A DNA stretch of 64,000 bases from Octopus sinensis (GCF_006345805.1 NC_043011.1:17310464-17374463), one strand, 5' to 3'. Shown: positions 1 to 11,544, counted from the first letter of the stretch. The notes: generated from the sequence alone by a model not told the origin. A program made the numbers and translations.

Positions 1-264
1 GCGCAGTCACGAATTACTGGAAAAACGTTCCTATGCATTTGTCATAAGGCAAATTTGGGCGTGCGCACTGACTCACTCGCCCCTGGACACAAATATATAC
101 TTAGAGGTGTTGTATGTATGACTTGTGCTTGTTCTTTGTTGTTACTGCCAATTTTTCATACTGCTCTGGTTCCACTTTCGGGGGATATTTTCGCCCAGCC
201 GGACATGTTTTTGAGTGGATTTGGTAGATAGAAATTGAAAGAAGTCCGTCATATATACATATAT

Positions 265-310
<46 letters not shown>

Positions 311-1150
311 GTGATAATTAAAAATATATGCATACATACAAACATATATGTACGTACCTACATCTACATGTATATATACATGCATATATAAATAAATATA
401 CGTAAGTACAGGACGCCACAAGACGTAGAAACGGGAAAAACAAAAATTTAACGACAAGTACAGGACAGGCTACACAAGGAAAAATCAAAAGAATTTTTAC
501 AAGAAAACAAGTATAGGACAATCTACACAAGGAAAAATCCACCGTCATCAGCTGTCGCTAGTTAACTCAGACGTGTTTCGAAGGCAAGACAGGACACTCG
601 TTAACTAGGCCTTCCTGCGAGAGAATTAAAATAAAATTCCAAGCAGCGGGGTAAAACGGGTAAGAACAAACAGGATGTAACAATAAAACTACACAATAAA
701 ATACAAGATAAAAATACATGTACAAAAAAATACAAGACGAGAAATAAAAAGGGGAATACAATACGGGAAATCAAACAAACAAGAGGACAAATGAGAAAAA
801 CCAAACAGACGAAAAAGGCCTGTTTTTGGCTAGACGAAAGATGTTTTGTGGCAGCGTAGGGAAGCAAGACTTTTCAGTAGCAGAGGCGGCGTGCGAAAGA
901 GAGAAAGTTTTAAGCTGGGAGTGAGAAAGAAGGAAGGAGGAGGGGGACATGCGGCTAAGAGAGAGAAAAGGGGAAGAGTGAGAGGGAGCGAGAGTGGAGA
1001 GGGTTAAGCAAAGGGAGAGAATTGCGCGTCTTAAATATTTATATAAAAATTGAAATATATATATGTAGGTCCCGGGTTGATTCGGGGTTAACCACAGTAA
1101 ATAAGGTACTCAATACATAGCAGAGTAAAATAAATTTATTATATAGAAGG

Positions 1151-1201
1151 AGCTTCTACAGGACTAGAACTGTTTCATTCAAGAGAAATCTTCAGGAAGC
1201 T
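1151..1201 (-). ncRNA. Type-I hammerhead ribozyme motif in a PLE-like terminal sequence (copy 1)
   Basis: Minus strand AGCUUC-CUGAAGA-UUUC(UCUU)GAAU-GAAA-CAG(UUCUAGUC)CUG-UA-GAAGCU. Stem I is 6 bp, stem II is 3 bp plus U.U, stem III is 4 bp, the cleavage triplet is GUA, and AATAAA follows downstream. Confidence 0.7.
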
Positions 1202-1303
1202 AGTTACAAGAATTGTATTGGCATTTATACATTTAGGCAGGTTTAAAGGGGTGGTGGTGGGGGACTTTTTGGGGGTAGGCATATACATACATACATACAT
1301 ACA

Positions 1304-1338
<35 letters not shown>

Positions 1339-1357
1339 TATATATATATATACATAC

Positions 1358-1392
<35 letters not shown>

Positions 1393-1470
1393 CATACATA
1401 CATACACACATATATATATACATACATACATACATACTACATACATACATATATATATATATATTATACA

Positions 1471-1600
1471 CGACGGGCTTCTTTCAGTATGTATGTATGT
1501 ATGTATGTATAGTAGAAGACTCTTGCCCAAGATGCCACGCAGTGGGGCTGAACCCGGAACCATGTGGTTAGTAAGCAAGCTACTTACCACCCAGCCATTC
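1471..1600 (-). mobile_element. tRNA-derived SINE family A, partial and interrupted by (TATG)n
   Basis: Matches the reverse complement of the full copy at 4183 (GGTAAGTAGCTTGC...GGTTCCGGGTTCAG...CTTGGGCAAGAGTCTTCTACTA). Confidence 0.8.
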
Positions 1601-2953
1601 TTGCGCCTAATTGTCTATTTAAAATTTTTGGGGAAGGGGTTAGTTCATTATATCAGTCCCAGCACATGGCTGGCCCTGGGAGGATGAGAGGCAAAGTTGG
1701 TTTCGGCAGAGTTTGAACTCAGAACCTAAAGAGTCGGAAAGTAACAGCAGTAATAATTAACAACAATGAAATCCCATCAATTACAACAAGAGCTAAAACG
1801 ACAAGCGCAGTCACGAATTACTGGACAAACGTTCCTATGCATTTGTCATAACGCAAATTTGGGCGTGCGCACTGACTCACTCGCCCCTGGACACAAATAT
1901 ATACTTAGAGGTGTTGTATGTATGACTTGTGCTTGTTCTTTGTTGTTACTGCCAATTTTTCATACTGCTCTGGTTCCACTTTCGGGGGATATTTTCGCCC
2001 AGCCGGACATGTTTTTGAGTGGATTTGGTAGATAGAAATTGAAAGAAGTCCGTCATATATACATATATATACATACATATATATATTTATATATATATAT
2101 ATATAATATATATACGTGATAATTAAAAATATATGCATACATACAAACATATATGTACGTACCTACATCTACATGTATATATACATGCATATATAAATAA
2201 ATATACGTAAGTACAGGACGCCACAAGACGTAGAAACGGGAAAAACAAAAATTTAACGACAAGTACAGGACAGGCTACACAAGGAAAAATCAAAAGAATT
2301 TTTACAAGAAAACAAGTATAGGACAATCTACACAAGGAAAAATCCACCGTCATCAGCTGTCGCTAGTTAACTCAGACGTGTTTCGAAGGCAAGACAGGAC
2401 ACTCGTTAACTAGGCCTTCCTGCGAGAGAATTAAAATAAAATTCCAAGCAGCGGGGTAAAACGGGTAAGAACAAACAGGATGTAACAATAAAACTACACA
2501 ATAAAATACAAGATAAAAATACATGTACAAAAAAATACAAGACGAGAAATAAAAAGGGGAATACAATACGGGAAATCAAACAAACAAGAGGACAAATGAG
2601 AAAAACCAAACAGACGAAAAAGGCCTGTTTTTGGCTAGACGAAAGATGTTTTGTGGCAGCGTAGGGAAGCAAGACTTTTCAGTAGCAGAGGCGGCGTGCG
2701 AAAGAGAGAAAGTTTTAAGCTGGGAGTGAGAAGAAGGAAGGAGGAGGGGGACATGCGGCTAAGAGAGAGAAAAGGGGAAGAGTGAGAGGGAGCGAGAGTG
2801 GAGAGGGTTAAGCAAAGGGAGAGAATTGCGCGTCTTAAATATTTATATAAAAATTGAAATATATATATGTAGGTCCCGGTTGATTCGGGGTTAACCACAG
2901 TAAATAAGGTACTCAATACATAGCAGAGTAAAATAAATTTATTATATAGAAGG

Positions 2954-3004
2954 AGCTTCTACAGGACTAGAACTGTTTCATTCAAGAGAAATCTTCAGGA
3001 AGCT
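2954..3004 (-). ncRNA. Type-I hammerhead ribozyme motif (copy 2, identical)
   Basis: Same 51 nt as 1151-1201, within the duplicated unit. Confidence 0.7.
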
Positions 3005-3166
3005 AGTTAACAAGAATTGTATTGGCATTTATACATTTAGGCAGGTTTAAAGGGGTGGTGGTGGGGGACTTTTTGGGGGTAGGCATATACATACATACAT
3101 ACATACTACATACATACATACATACATAATACATACATACATACATATATATATTTATATATATGA

Positions 3167-3466
3167 ATAAATGAAAGAATGGAGTCGAACGAAGATGTTA
3201 ACAAAATTCCTTTACTCTCGACATATGTTTCGAAGACAACATGGTTTCATTCCAAAGGAATAAAGGGTGCATTATGCAATCTTCTCATCAGGAAAGAAAG
3301 GGAGCCTCTCTCGACAAAAAGACAAACAAAAATTTCTTTCCTGATGAGAAGATTGCATAATGCACCCTTTATTCCTTTGGAATGAAACGATGTTGTCTTC
3401 GAAACATATGTCGAGAGTAAAGGAATTTTGTTAACACCTTTGTTCGACACCATTCTTTCATTTATT
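3167..3466. repeat. Fold-back element with about 133-bp inverted arms and a 33-bp spacer
   Basis: 3167-3299 (ATAAATGAAAGAATGG...CAGGAAAGAAA) is the reverse complement of 3333-3466 with few mismatches. The left flank is (TA)n. Confidence 0.9.
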
Positions 3467-3616
3467 TATATACAACACACAAATTTCTGCACATGAACCC
3501 GGAGTTTCTACCCTTGGACAGATCGCTTCAACCGTGTTTCTGACGTGAATTTGCTACCCAGGTTTCGGTTCAGCGAATTTTCCATGCTGACGATAAACAT
3601 AGGATAATTCATTCAC

Positions 3617-3672
<56 letters not shown>

Positions 3673-3673
3673 C

Positions 3674-3738
<65 letters not shown>

Positions 3739-3740
3739 GC

Positions 3741-3820
<80 letters not shown>

Positions 3821-3904
3821 TATATATATATATATAATATATATATATATAATACATAAATATATATATACATAAAAAAATATATATATGCATACATATA
3901 TATA

Positions 3905-4110
3905 TGTATATATTTGCGTGTGTGTGTGTTTGTCTCACCTCCATAGTTTGATAACCGGTGTTTGTGTGTTTACGTCCCTGTAACCTATCTGTTTGGCAAA
4001 AGAGACTAATGGAATAAGTTTAATAAAAGTCCCGGGGGCGATTTGGTCGGCTGAAACTTGTTAATGTGGTGCCCCAGCATGGCCGCAGTCAAATGACCGA
4101 AAGGAGTAAA
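3905..4110 (-). mobile_element. SINE family A, 3' half-like fragment
   Basis: Contains CCAGCATGGCCGCAGTCAAATGAC and TTTACGTCCCTGTAAC, shared with the family A tail. The segment reads on the plus strand like the A tail, so the strand call is uncertain. Confidence 0.55.
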
Positions 4111-4130
4111 AGATAATGGTAGAAGATATG

Positions 4131-4181
<51 letters not shown>

Positions 4182-4182
4182 G

Positions 4183-4625
4183 TAGGAGTGGCTGTGTGGT
4201 AAGTAGCTTGCTTACCAACCACAATGTTTCGGGTTCAGTCCCATTGCGTGGCACCTTTGGCAAGTGTCTTCTACTTTAGCTTCGGGCCGACTAATGCCTT
4301 GTGAGTGGATTTGATAGACGGAAACTGAAAGAAGCCCGTCGTATATATGTATGTATGTATGTATGATGTATGTATGTATGTATGTATGTATGTATGTATG
4401 TATGTGTGTGTGTATATGTCTGTGTGTCTGTGTTTGTCACAACATCTCTTGACAACCGATGCTGGTGTGTTTACGTCCCTGTAACTAGCGGTTCGGCAAA
4501 AAGAGACCGATAGAATAAGTACTAGGCTTACAAAGAATAAGTCCTGGGGTCGATTTGCTCGACTAAGGGTGCTGCTCCAGTATGGCCACAGTCAAATGAC
4601 TGAAACAAGTAAAAGAGTAAAAGAG
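4183..4625 (+). mobile_element. tRNA-derived SINE family A, full length with internal microsatellite
   Basis: Head AGGAGTGGCTGTGTGGTAAG...GGTTCAGTCCC (A/B-box-like), central (TATG)n/(TG)n, and tail ...GACTGAAACAAGTAAAAGAGTAAAAGAG. Ten or more related copies occur in the window. Confidence 0.9.
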
Positions 4626-5380
4626 TATATAGACAGATAGATATATATAATATGTTTGCATATATTACTTAGTGCAACAGACGTTATTGGTTGTCTATAT
4701 ATGCACTTCTAGTTTATTTCTTGAAGTACCACCATGTTCTGCTTGTGAATCGGTAGTTGACATATTTTCACAGCTCTCTTGAAATGTAGTTTACTGGTGA
4801 AATTTTATAAGCCTCAGGTTTTTTTTTATGGAATTATGTTTCTCTGAGTCTACTTCACATTTGGTGTTTTGGCCTTTTGACATTAAACACTTTTAGTGAC
4901 GTCTAGATTAAGTACGTCTCGGTTTTTCTAAATCTCAATTTTATACTTGTTTTCACCAATATTATTATTTCTCTTTTAGATTTTCCTTCCTATCCGAGCT
5001 GTTTTTCAGCAGATGGAGACATCGTTCGTAAAGTTTCAAGTAGCGACATATTCTTCTATTAAAGTACATAAAGATGAAATTATTATATCACAAATATTAG
5101 AAACAAGATGATATCTTCAACATGAAAGAAAATAATTTTCTCAAACAAAAATTGCTAGTTTTATTAATTTATTTGGTAGAATGATTAGATCGTTGGAAAA
5201 GCTGCCTTGCGATATTTGGTCTGACTACGTTCTAAATTCAAATCCTATGACAGTCTGTTTAGCTTTTTATTCCCCTGGGGTTAATAGAATAAGCCACCAA
5301 GTGAGATACTGTGTCAGTGTTTTCGTCTTCAAATTTCTGACTTCAGAGACATGAAAGCCATCTTAATATTCCTTGCAAGT

Positions 5381-5990
5381 AAGGCGGCGAGCTGGCAGAA
5401 ACGTTAGCACGCCGTGCGAAATGCGTAGCCGTATTTCGTCTGCCGTTACGTTCTGAGTTCAAATACCGCCGAGGTTAACTTTGCCTTTCATCCTTTCGAG
5501 GTTGATTAAATAAGTACCAGTTACGCACTGGGGTCGTTATAATCGACTTAATCCGTTTGTCTGTCCTTGTTTGTACCCTCTCTGTTTAGCCCCTTGTGGG
5601 TAGTAAAGAAATAGGTATTTCGTCCGTCTTTATGTTCTGAGTTTAAATTCCGCCGAGGTCGACTTTGCCTTTCCCTTACATCCTTTCGGAGTCAATAAAT
5701 TAAATACCCGTTGCGTATTGGACGTGATGTAATCGACTGTCCCCTCTCCCCAAATTTCGGGCCTTGTGCCTAGAGTAGAAAAGAATATTCCTCTCAAGTA
5801 AGGCGGCGAGCTGGCTGAATCGTTACCATACCGAGCAAAATGTTAAGCAGTGTTTCGTTTTCCTTTACGTTCTGAGTTCAAATTCCACCGAGGTTGACTT
5901 TGCCTTTCATCCTTTCGGAGTCGATAAAAATAAGTATCAATCATGCACTGGGGTGGATGTAGTCGACTTACCTCCTCTCCTGAAATTGCT
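5381..5990 (+). mobile_element. SINE family B cluster (tRNA-like head plus Nin/Deu-like central domain) with reiterated modules
   Basis: AAGGCGGCGAGCTGGCAGAAACGTTAG heads at 5381 and 5799. The core GACTTTGCCTTTCATCCTTTCG...GATAAA..AAGTACCAG occurs three times. Confidence 0.85.
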
Positions 5991-6759
5991 AACCTTGTTT
6001 CAAAAATGTGAAACCAAAATTTGTTGCTAGTAGATTTTTATTGTTTCAACATACTTTGTTTGGTTTTGGTGACATCAGCTGTCCAAATTTATTACCATTG
6101 TTTTCCGGAGGTGACTTGGAAATCACTGCACAGGTCAGCTTCGTTTGACTGTGGAACAATTTTATGCCTGCTGAAGTTTTTATGTTAAGTATCTTTGAAA
6201 AATAGTTTTAAAACGGGCACTTGTGATTTAAGAAGAAAGTATTGGTTTTAGGAAATAAATTTGTCTATCGTTTTGCTCACTTTATTAGCAGATGCATCAG
6301 TCTGCTATACTATTCTTGCTGAAGTGGAAGTAACGGAATCCTCACAGCTGCCGCTGTTACCCTCACAAAATTTTCGTATGGTAGACAGTATCAACACTAT
6401 ATTTACTAATGTTACCAACCAAAGAGAAGTATTTAGCATGAGTTGGGTCTCCTTAAAACAAATAAAAAATTAGAAAAAGAAAGATAATTCAACGTGTTTT
6501 CAGAGGAGTAGAGGAATGAAGCTCTTGCAGATGCGAGGACCGATATGCATTCCAGCAACCAAAAAGATGTTATAGGAAAGACTTTCTTGCTAACAAGAAA
6601 CTCTAAGCAGGTGTGTGAGTCATACACCTGCTTATAATCTAGTGTTGTTGTACATGTACTATGTAATATGAAGAATATAGCGAAAGAAATTGGTGGTGAC
6701 GTTGACTTTTGATTTGACACCACATTGCAGCTCAGAAAAGATATATGGTGCGCAGCCAA

Positions 6760-7965
6760 GTGACTAGAAACATCAAAATGTTTGATATTGCTGTAAAAAC
6801 TGCTGGAAATTTTTATTGTGACACTTTATGTGCCTTGTCAACCCAAATCTACTTCTGCAGTCCTTATTACAAACAAGATAATTCATCAGAATGTGAGTGT
6901 GAAAAGTCAGTATAGGGTCTAAATAAAAGCTTCCGCTTATGCCCAACCAATCCAGCTTGGGAGAGACAAATATTCTTGCATATATCACAAGTTTGGAGAA
7001 AAGGATTATTGGCTACAGACAAATCCTTTCTTGCCTCTCATTTTATAAGTGCATGTTTCTGCTTATTATCTTCAAACAAGGAAGAGCCTTCTCAGATTCT
7101 TCTCCCCATTTTGGTCGGTCCATTGCATCATTCTCCCAGTTTTTTTGCATCATTTTGAAATGATTTAGAAGACTACTTGCTAAATCTTTGAAAAGCATGT
7201 TTCGTTTACATTGAGGTCTCTTTGATACTCAGCTGACCATATAACAGATGTTAGGTGCTGCATGACACCGACTGAATGTGTTACCGAATTACAGTCATCT
7301 GCATACAATAAATCGCTTGTTAGAAATGTACGCATCTTTGGTTTGCCAAGAACGTTTTCAAATGAAATAGTTTACCAGTGTTTCTAAAATGAGTATATAT
7401 ACACTCTCTGTATATATACAATTTTTGAATGCATCAGCAAACACAACCGAAAAGTATAGAGAAAATAACGTCGGTTCAAGAATATCTCCTTGTCTCACTC
7501 CATTTTCCACTTAAAGAGATTCTGAAAGAACACCTCCAACGTTAAATGCATCTATGTCATTACGAAAAGATCATATTTTATTCAAGAAATGTATTGGGCA
7601 GCTTATGCAAAACCTCTCATAGTGCATGCTTATCCACTATATCAAAGGCCTTTGTTAAATCAACAAACAGCTTGGACTACATATAGATATTGTTCTCGTC
7701 ATTTTTCTTGCATCTGACGAGCAGGAAAAATCATATCCATTGCCCCATTTATTCAGCCTGAAACCACATTGAGGTTCTGGGAGAACATTCGGTGAAAACT
7801 TATCGTTTAACCGTGCAAGGAGAACCTCAGAATGTATTTTGCCGGCAGTGCGTACGAGTGTGATTCCTTTTGAATGTCCACCTTTATCTCGTGCTCGTTT
7901 TCTCTTATAAATGAGGATTATACCATTCTCATGCCAAGGTTTTGGTACTGTTCCTATCTTCCATC
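6760..7965 (-). pseudogene. Old degenerate RTE-clade LINE (RT to C-terminal zinc finger)
   Basis: Fragments GIILIYKRK...GITLVRTAGKIHSEVLLARL...VLPEPQCGFR (RT N-terminal part) and CNKDCRSRFGLTRHIKCH (RTE C-terminal C2H2-like motif), with many stops. Confidence 0.8.
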
Positions 7966-7990
7966 CATCCGTCCGTCCATCCATCCATAT

Positions 7991-8035
<45 letters not shown>

Positions 8036-8256
8036 TATTAAAATTACTAAGTCTCTCTAAAAGAGAACACGGCAGCGTTCCTGGAAATTAATAGTTATCG
8101 CCATACTAATATGGCATTCTTATAAAAATAAGAATAAAGCTGTCCGCTTATTAGCTCCATGAGGCCATCGCCTTAAGTTAGCTATTTGATACACAAACTG
8201 TATCCATATAACCTTCGAACAAGGGAGGTCAGTCGCTCCACACTACTTGATCGACA

Positions 8257-8298
8257 GCTACAGACGCGTTTCGGGGTATTGCCCCTTTTCAATGTAGC
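8257..8298 (-). ncRNA. Minimal type-I hammerhead ribozyme, U3-A8 core variant (left arm)
   Basis: Reverse complement of 8742-8783, identical in sequence. Confidence 0.75.
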
Positions 8299-8741
8299 GT
8301 AGTCAGACCAGTAGGTGTCGCTTCTGACAATCCCTGTTCGAAGGTTTTATTTACCTAGTTTCAGTGGAATACATCCACTTGTTTTCAATAATAGAAATAT
8401 TAAAATTACTAAGTCTCTCTAAAAGAGAACACGGCAGCGTTCCTGGAAATTAATAGTTATCGAAGGTTATATGGATACAGTTTGTGTATCAAATAGCTAA
8501 CTTAAGGCGATGGCATCATGGAGCTAATAAGCGGACAGCTTTATTCTTATTTTTATAAGAATGCCATATTAGTATGGCGATAACTATTAATTTCCAGGAA
8601 CGCTGCCGTGTTCTCTTTTAGAGAGACTTAGTAATTTTAATATTTCTATTATTGAAAACAAGTGGATGTATTCCACTGAAACTAGGTAAATAAAACCTTC
8701 GAACAGGGATTGTCAGAAGCGACACCTACTGGTCTGACTAC

Positions 8742-8783
8742 GCTACATTGAAAAGGGGCAATACCCCGAAACGCGTCTGTAGC
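8742..8783 (+). ncRNA. Minimal type-I hammerhead ribozyme, U3-A8 core variant (right arm)
   Basis: GCUACA-UUGAAAA-GGGG(CAAUA)CCCC-GAAA-CGCG-UC-UGUAGC. Stem I is 6 bp, stem II is 4 bp, ACGCGU is a palindrome at stem III, and the cleavage triplet is GUC. Confidence 0.75.
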
Positions 8784-8942
8784 TGTCGATCAAGTAGTGT
8801 GGAGCGACTGACCTCCCTTGTTCGAAGGTTATATGGATACAGTTTGTGTATCAAATAGCTAACTTAAGGCGATGGCCTCATGGAGCTTATAAGCGGACAG
8901 CTTTATTCTTATTTTTATAAGAATGCCATATTAGTATGGCGA

Positions 8943-8973
<31 letters not shown>

Positions 8974-9089
8974 GTGGAGTGGTGGTGCGCGCACGTTCAT
9001 ATATACAAGTTTATGTACATGGAAGCATGACTATTTTTGGATGAGTGTATATGCGTGTGCATATGTGTGTATACATATATTCTTCCATT

Positions 9090-9420
9090 CTTTGACATCT
9101 TTTAGTCATTTGACTGCGGCCATGATGGGGCACTGCCTTCAGTCGAACAAATCGACCCCAGGACTTATCCTTTGTAAGCCTAGTACTTATTCTAACGGTT
9201 TCTGTGTTTGTACTTTGGTGGGGGAAACAAACACAGACAGACAGACACAGACACATATACGACGGGCTTCGTTCAGTTTCCGTCTACCAGATCTACTCAT
9301 AAGTCTTTGGTCGGCCCAAGGCTATACTAGAAGACACTTGCCCAAGGTGCCACGCAGTGGGACTGAACCCGGAACCATGTCGTTGTCAAGCAAGCTTTTT
9401 ACCACACAGCCGCTCCTGTA
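9090..9420 (-). mobile_element. SINE family A
   Basis: Reverse complement of the family A head and tail (ACCACACAGCCGCTCCT...TTTGACTGCGGCCATG). Confidence 0.85.
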
Positions 9421-9520
9421 CCTGTGTATATGCATGTTTTTATACTTTAAATTTGGGAATATATATTTCTCATTACTAATTACAAAACAAATTATTATTA
9501 GTATATATTTTATTTGGGTA

Positions 9521-9740
9521 GAGGGCGGTGAGCTGGCAGAGTCGTTAGCACGCCGGGCGAAATTCTTAGCGGTATTTCGTCTGTCGTTACTTTCTGAGTT
9601 CAAATTCCGCCGAGGTCGACTTTGCCTTTCGGGTCGATAAATAAAGTACCAGTTTAGCACTGGGGTCGATGTAATCGATTAATCCTTTTGTCTGTCCTTG
9701 TTTGTCCCCTCTATGTTTAGCCCCTTGTGAGTAATAAAAA
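9521..9740 (+). mobile_element. SINE family B
   Basis: GGCGGTGAGCTGGCAGAGTCGTTAG...GTCGACTTTGCC...AGCCCCTTGTG. Confidence 0.85.
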
Positions 9741-10046
9741 AATATATATTTTATTTGGGTGGTTGTTTTCTGTAGAACAGAAAATTATTCTATTCTTTTA
9801 TGACGTAGTAATGCGACGTTGGCGAACAGATATCATGGCAGTACTTGATGACTTGACCTGTTACAAACAATCAATATGAATTATTTGTTTACAAGGGGAT
9901 ACTATTGGGGAATGAACTGATAAAACGATCGTGTATGAGGGCAATATCTCTTACTGGGATTGAACTTAAAATATAATCATTGGTTTTTCGTTTTGGGATT
10001 TGGTTTGCAAGATTCTTTATATGGGTTCGTGTGTTGAAGCACATTC

Positions 10047-10289
10047 TGTTGTGTCTGGGGAGAGTCATTTTCTTTTTGTGTCTTATAATGTAACACTCTA
10101 ACCGGTCAAATTTCCACTTATTTCATATTTTTATTTTCCTAACATTTTGGTTGTGTCTGACTATTGAAGAGGTTGCAAGACGCAACGAAAATTTTAGGAA
10201 AATAAAAATAAGAAATAAGTGTAAATTTTACCGGTGAGTGTGTTACATTATGAGGCACAAAAAGAAAATTACTCTCCCCAGACACAACA
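10047..10289. repeat. Inverted pair (about 105-bp arms) of a probable PLE-terminal sequence, with a degenerate hammerhead-like motif at 10161-10197
   Basis: TGTTGTGTCTGGGGAGAG...TTCCTAACATTTT versus AAAATTTTAGGAAAAT...CTCTCCCCAGACACAACA. The centre reads CUA-UUGAAGA-G-GUUGC(AAGAC)GCAAC-GAAA-AU-UU-UAG. Confidence 0.8.
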
Positions 10290-10882
10290 TTGGTTTTTCA
10301 TCTGTGATATTAATTAGCGGTTCAGTAGTTAATTGGTTGCATATGAAGCAAAATGTGTAGCTAATGAAAATGCAGATCATTCTCAATATCAGATCATTCC
10401 ATCAGATACTAATAACCTAGATTTAAAATTATGTTACAGATATTTTACGATCATTATCTTCATATAACATATATTTTAATATCACTTGACAGACAGATTA
10501 TTTCAAATAGTTTCTGTTTGGTTCTACTTATATAAAAGGATCAAATCATTTATACTTAGTGCGCTCAATTGCTGTGTCTTCCAACTTTGTCCGTGTGTTC
10601 TTTTCAGATATCGATTTGGACAATATCAAGGTGAATGCTATCAATTTTCTCAAACCCAGTAATAAAGGAGGGAGCTATGAACACAAGTAATGTCACCTTC
10701 TCACGCTATATCGAAATGTTTATCGCATTGACAATACGTGGAAATAGAGAATTTTAGCCTGCGATGCCAATGTAGTAGAGAAACATTATCTATCACGCAC
10801 AAAAGTGCATCCATCCATTAACACACACGCACACACGCGTGCACACACGCACACACACACATACACACACATAAGCACACAC

Positions 10883-11064
10883 AGGAGTGGCTGTGTGGTA
10901 AGTAGCTTGCTAACCAACCACAAGGTTCCGGGTTCAGTCCCACTGCGTGGCATCTTGGGTAAGTGTCTTCTGCTATAGCCTCGGCCCAACCAGAGCTTTG
11001 TGAGTGGATTTGCTAGACGGAAACTGAAAGAAACCTGTCGTATATATGTATATATGTATATATA

Positions 11065-11122
<58 letters not shown>

Positions 11123-11345
11123 GTGTGTGTGTGTGTGTATATGTTTGTGTGTCTGTGTTTGTCCCTCTAGCATTGCTTGACAACCGATGCTGGTGCGTTT
11201 ACGTCCCCGTCAATTAGCGGTTCGGCAAAAAGACCGATAGAATAAGTACTGGGCTTACAAAGAATAAGTCCCGAGGTCGATTTGCTCGACTAAAGGCAGT
11301 GCTCCAGCATGGCCGCAGTCAAATGACTGAAACAAGTAAAGGAGT
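10883..11345 (+). mobile_element. SINE family A, full length
   Basis: Same head, body and tail as 4183-4625. Confidence 0.9.
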
Positions 11346-11544
11346 ATGTAAATATATATGTGCGTGTGAGCGTGTGTACATGTCTTAAATAAGATTCGGT
11401 TAGTATGCTATGCGAAGCTAGTCCGCAGTTATTGGTTACCTGATGTCATCATACAGTAGAAAAGCGCTTGCGACTGGACATACATCAGGAAGCCCAGAGT
11501 ATCTAAAGAGTTTATATAAATATATGAATGATAGAAAACAGAAT

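Larger units (their letters stand above)
1..3145 (+). repeat. Near-identical tandem segmental duplication, period about 1803-1805 bp (copy 1 from the window start to about 1330; copy 2 from 1805 to about 3145)
   Basis: Position 1 GCGCAGTCACGAATTACTGG recurs at 1805. ORF-track peptides repeat with offset 1805 (318/2123, 567/2372, 601/2406). Only a few substitutions or indels and microsatellite length differences are visible. Confidence 0.95.
8030..8948. mobile_element. Palindromic insertion of two opposed, circularly permuted greater-than-unit copies of a 362-nt hammerhead-containing repeat, embedded in (TA)n
   Basis: AGAAATATTAAAATTACT at 8031 and 8393 (period 362). CGAAGGTTATATGG at 8461 and 8823 (period 362). 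8461-8948 is the reverse complement of the same unit. (TA)n flanks both sides. Confidence 0.9.

Noticed and set aside
545-612. Minus-strand GAAA-CACG-UC followed by CUGAUGA (type-II hammerhead order), duplicated at about 2350-2417
   Set aside because: Stem I and stem II could not be paired in the required register.
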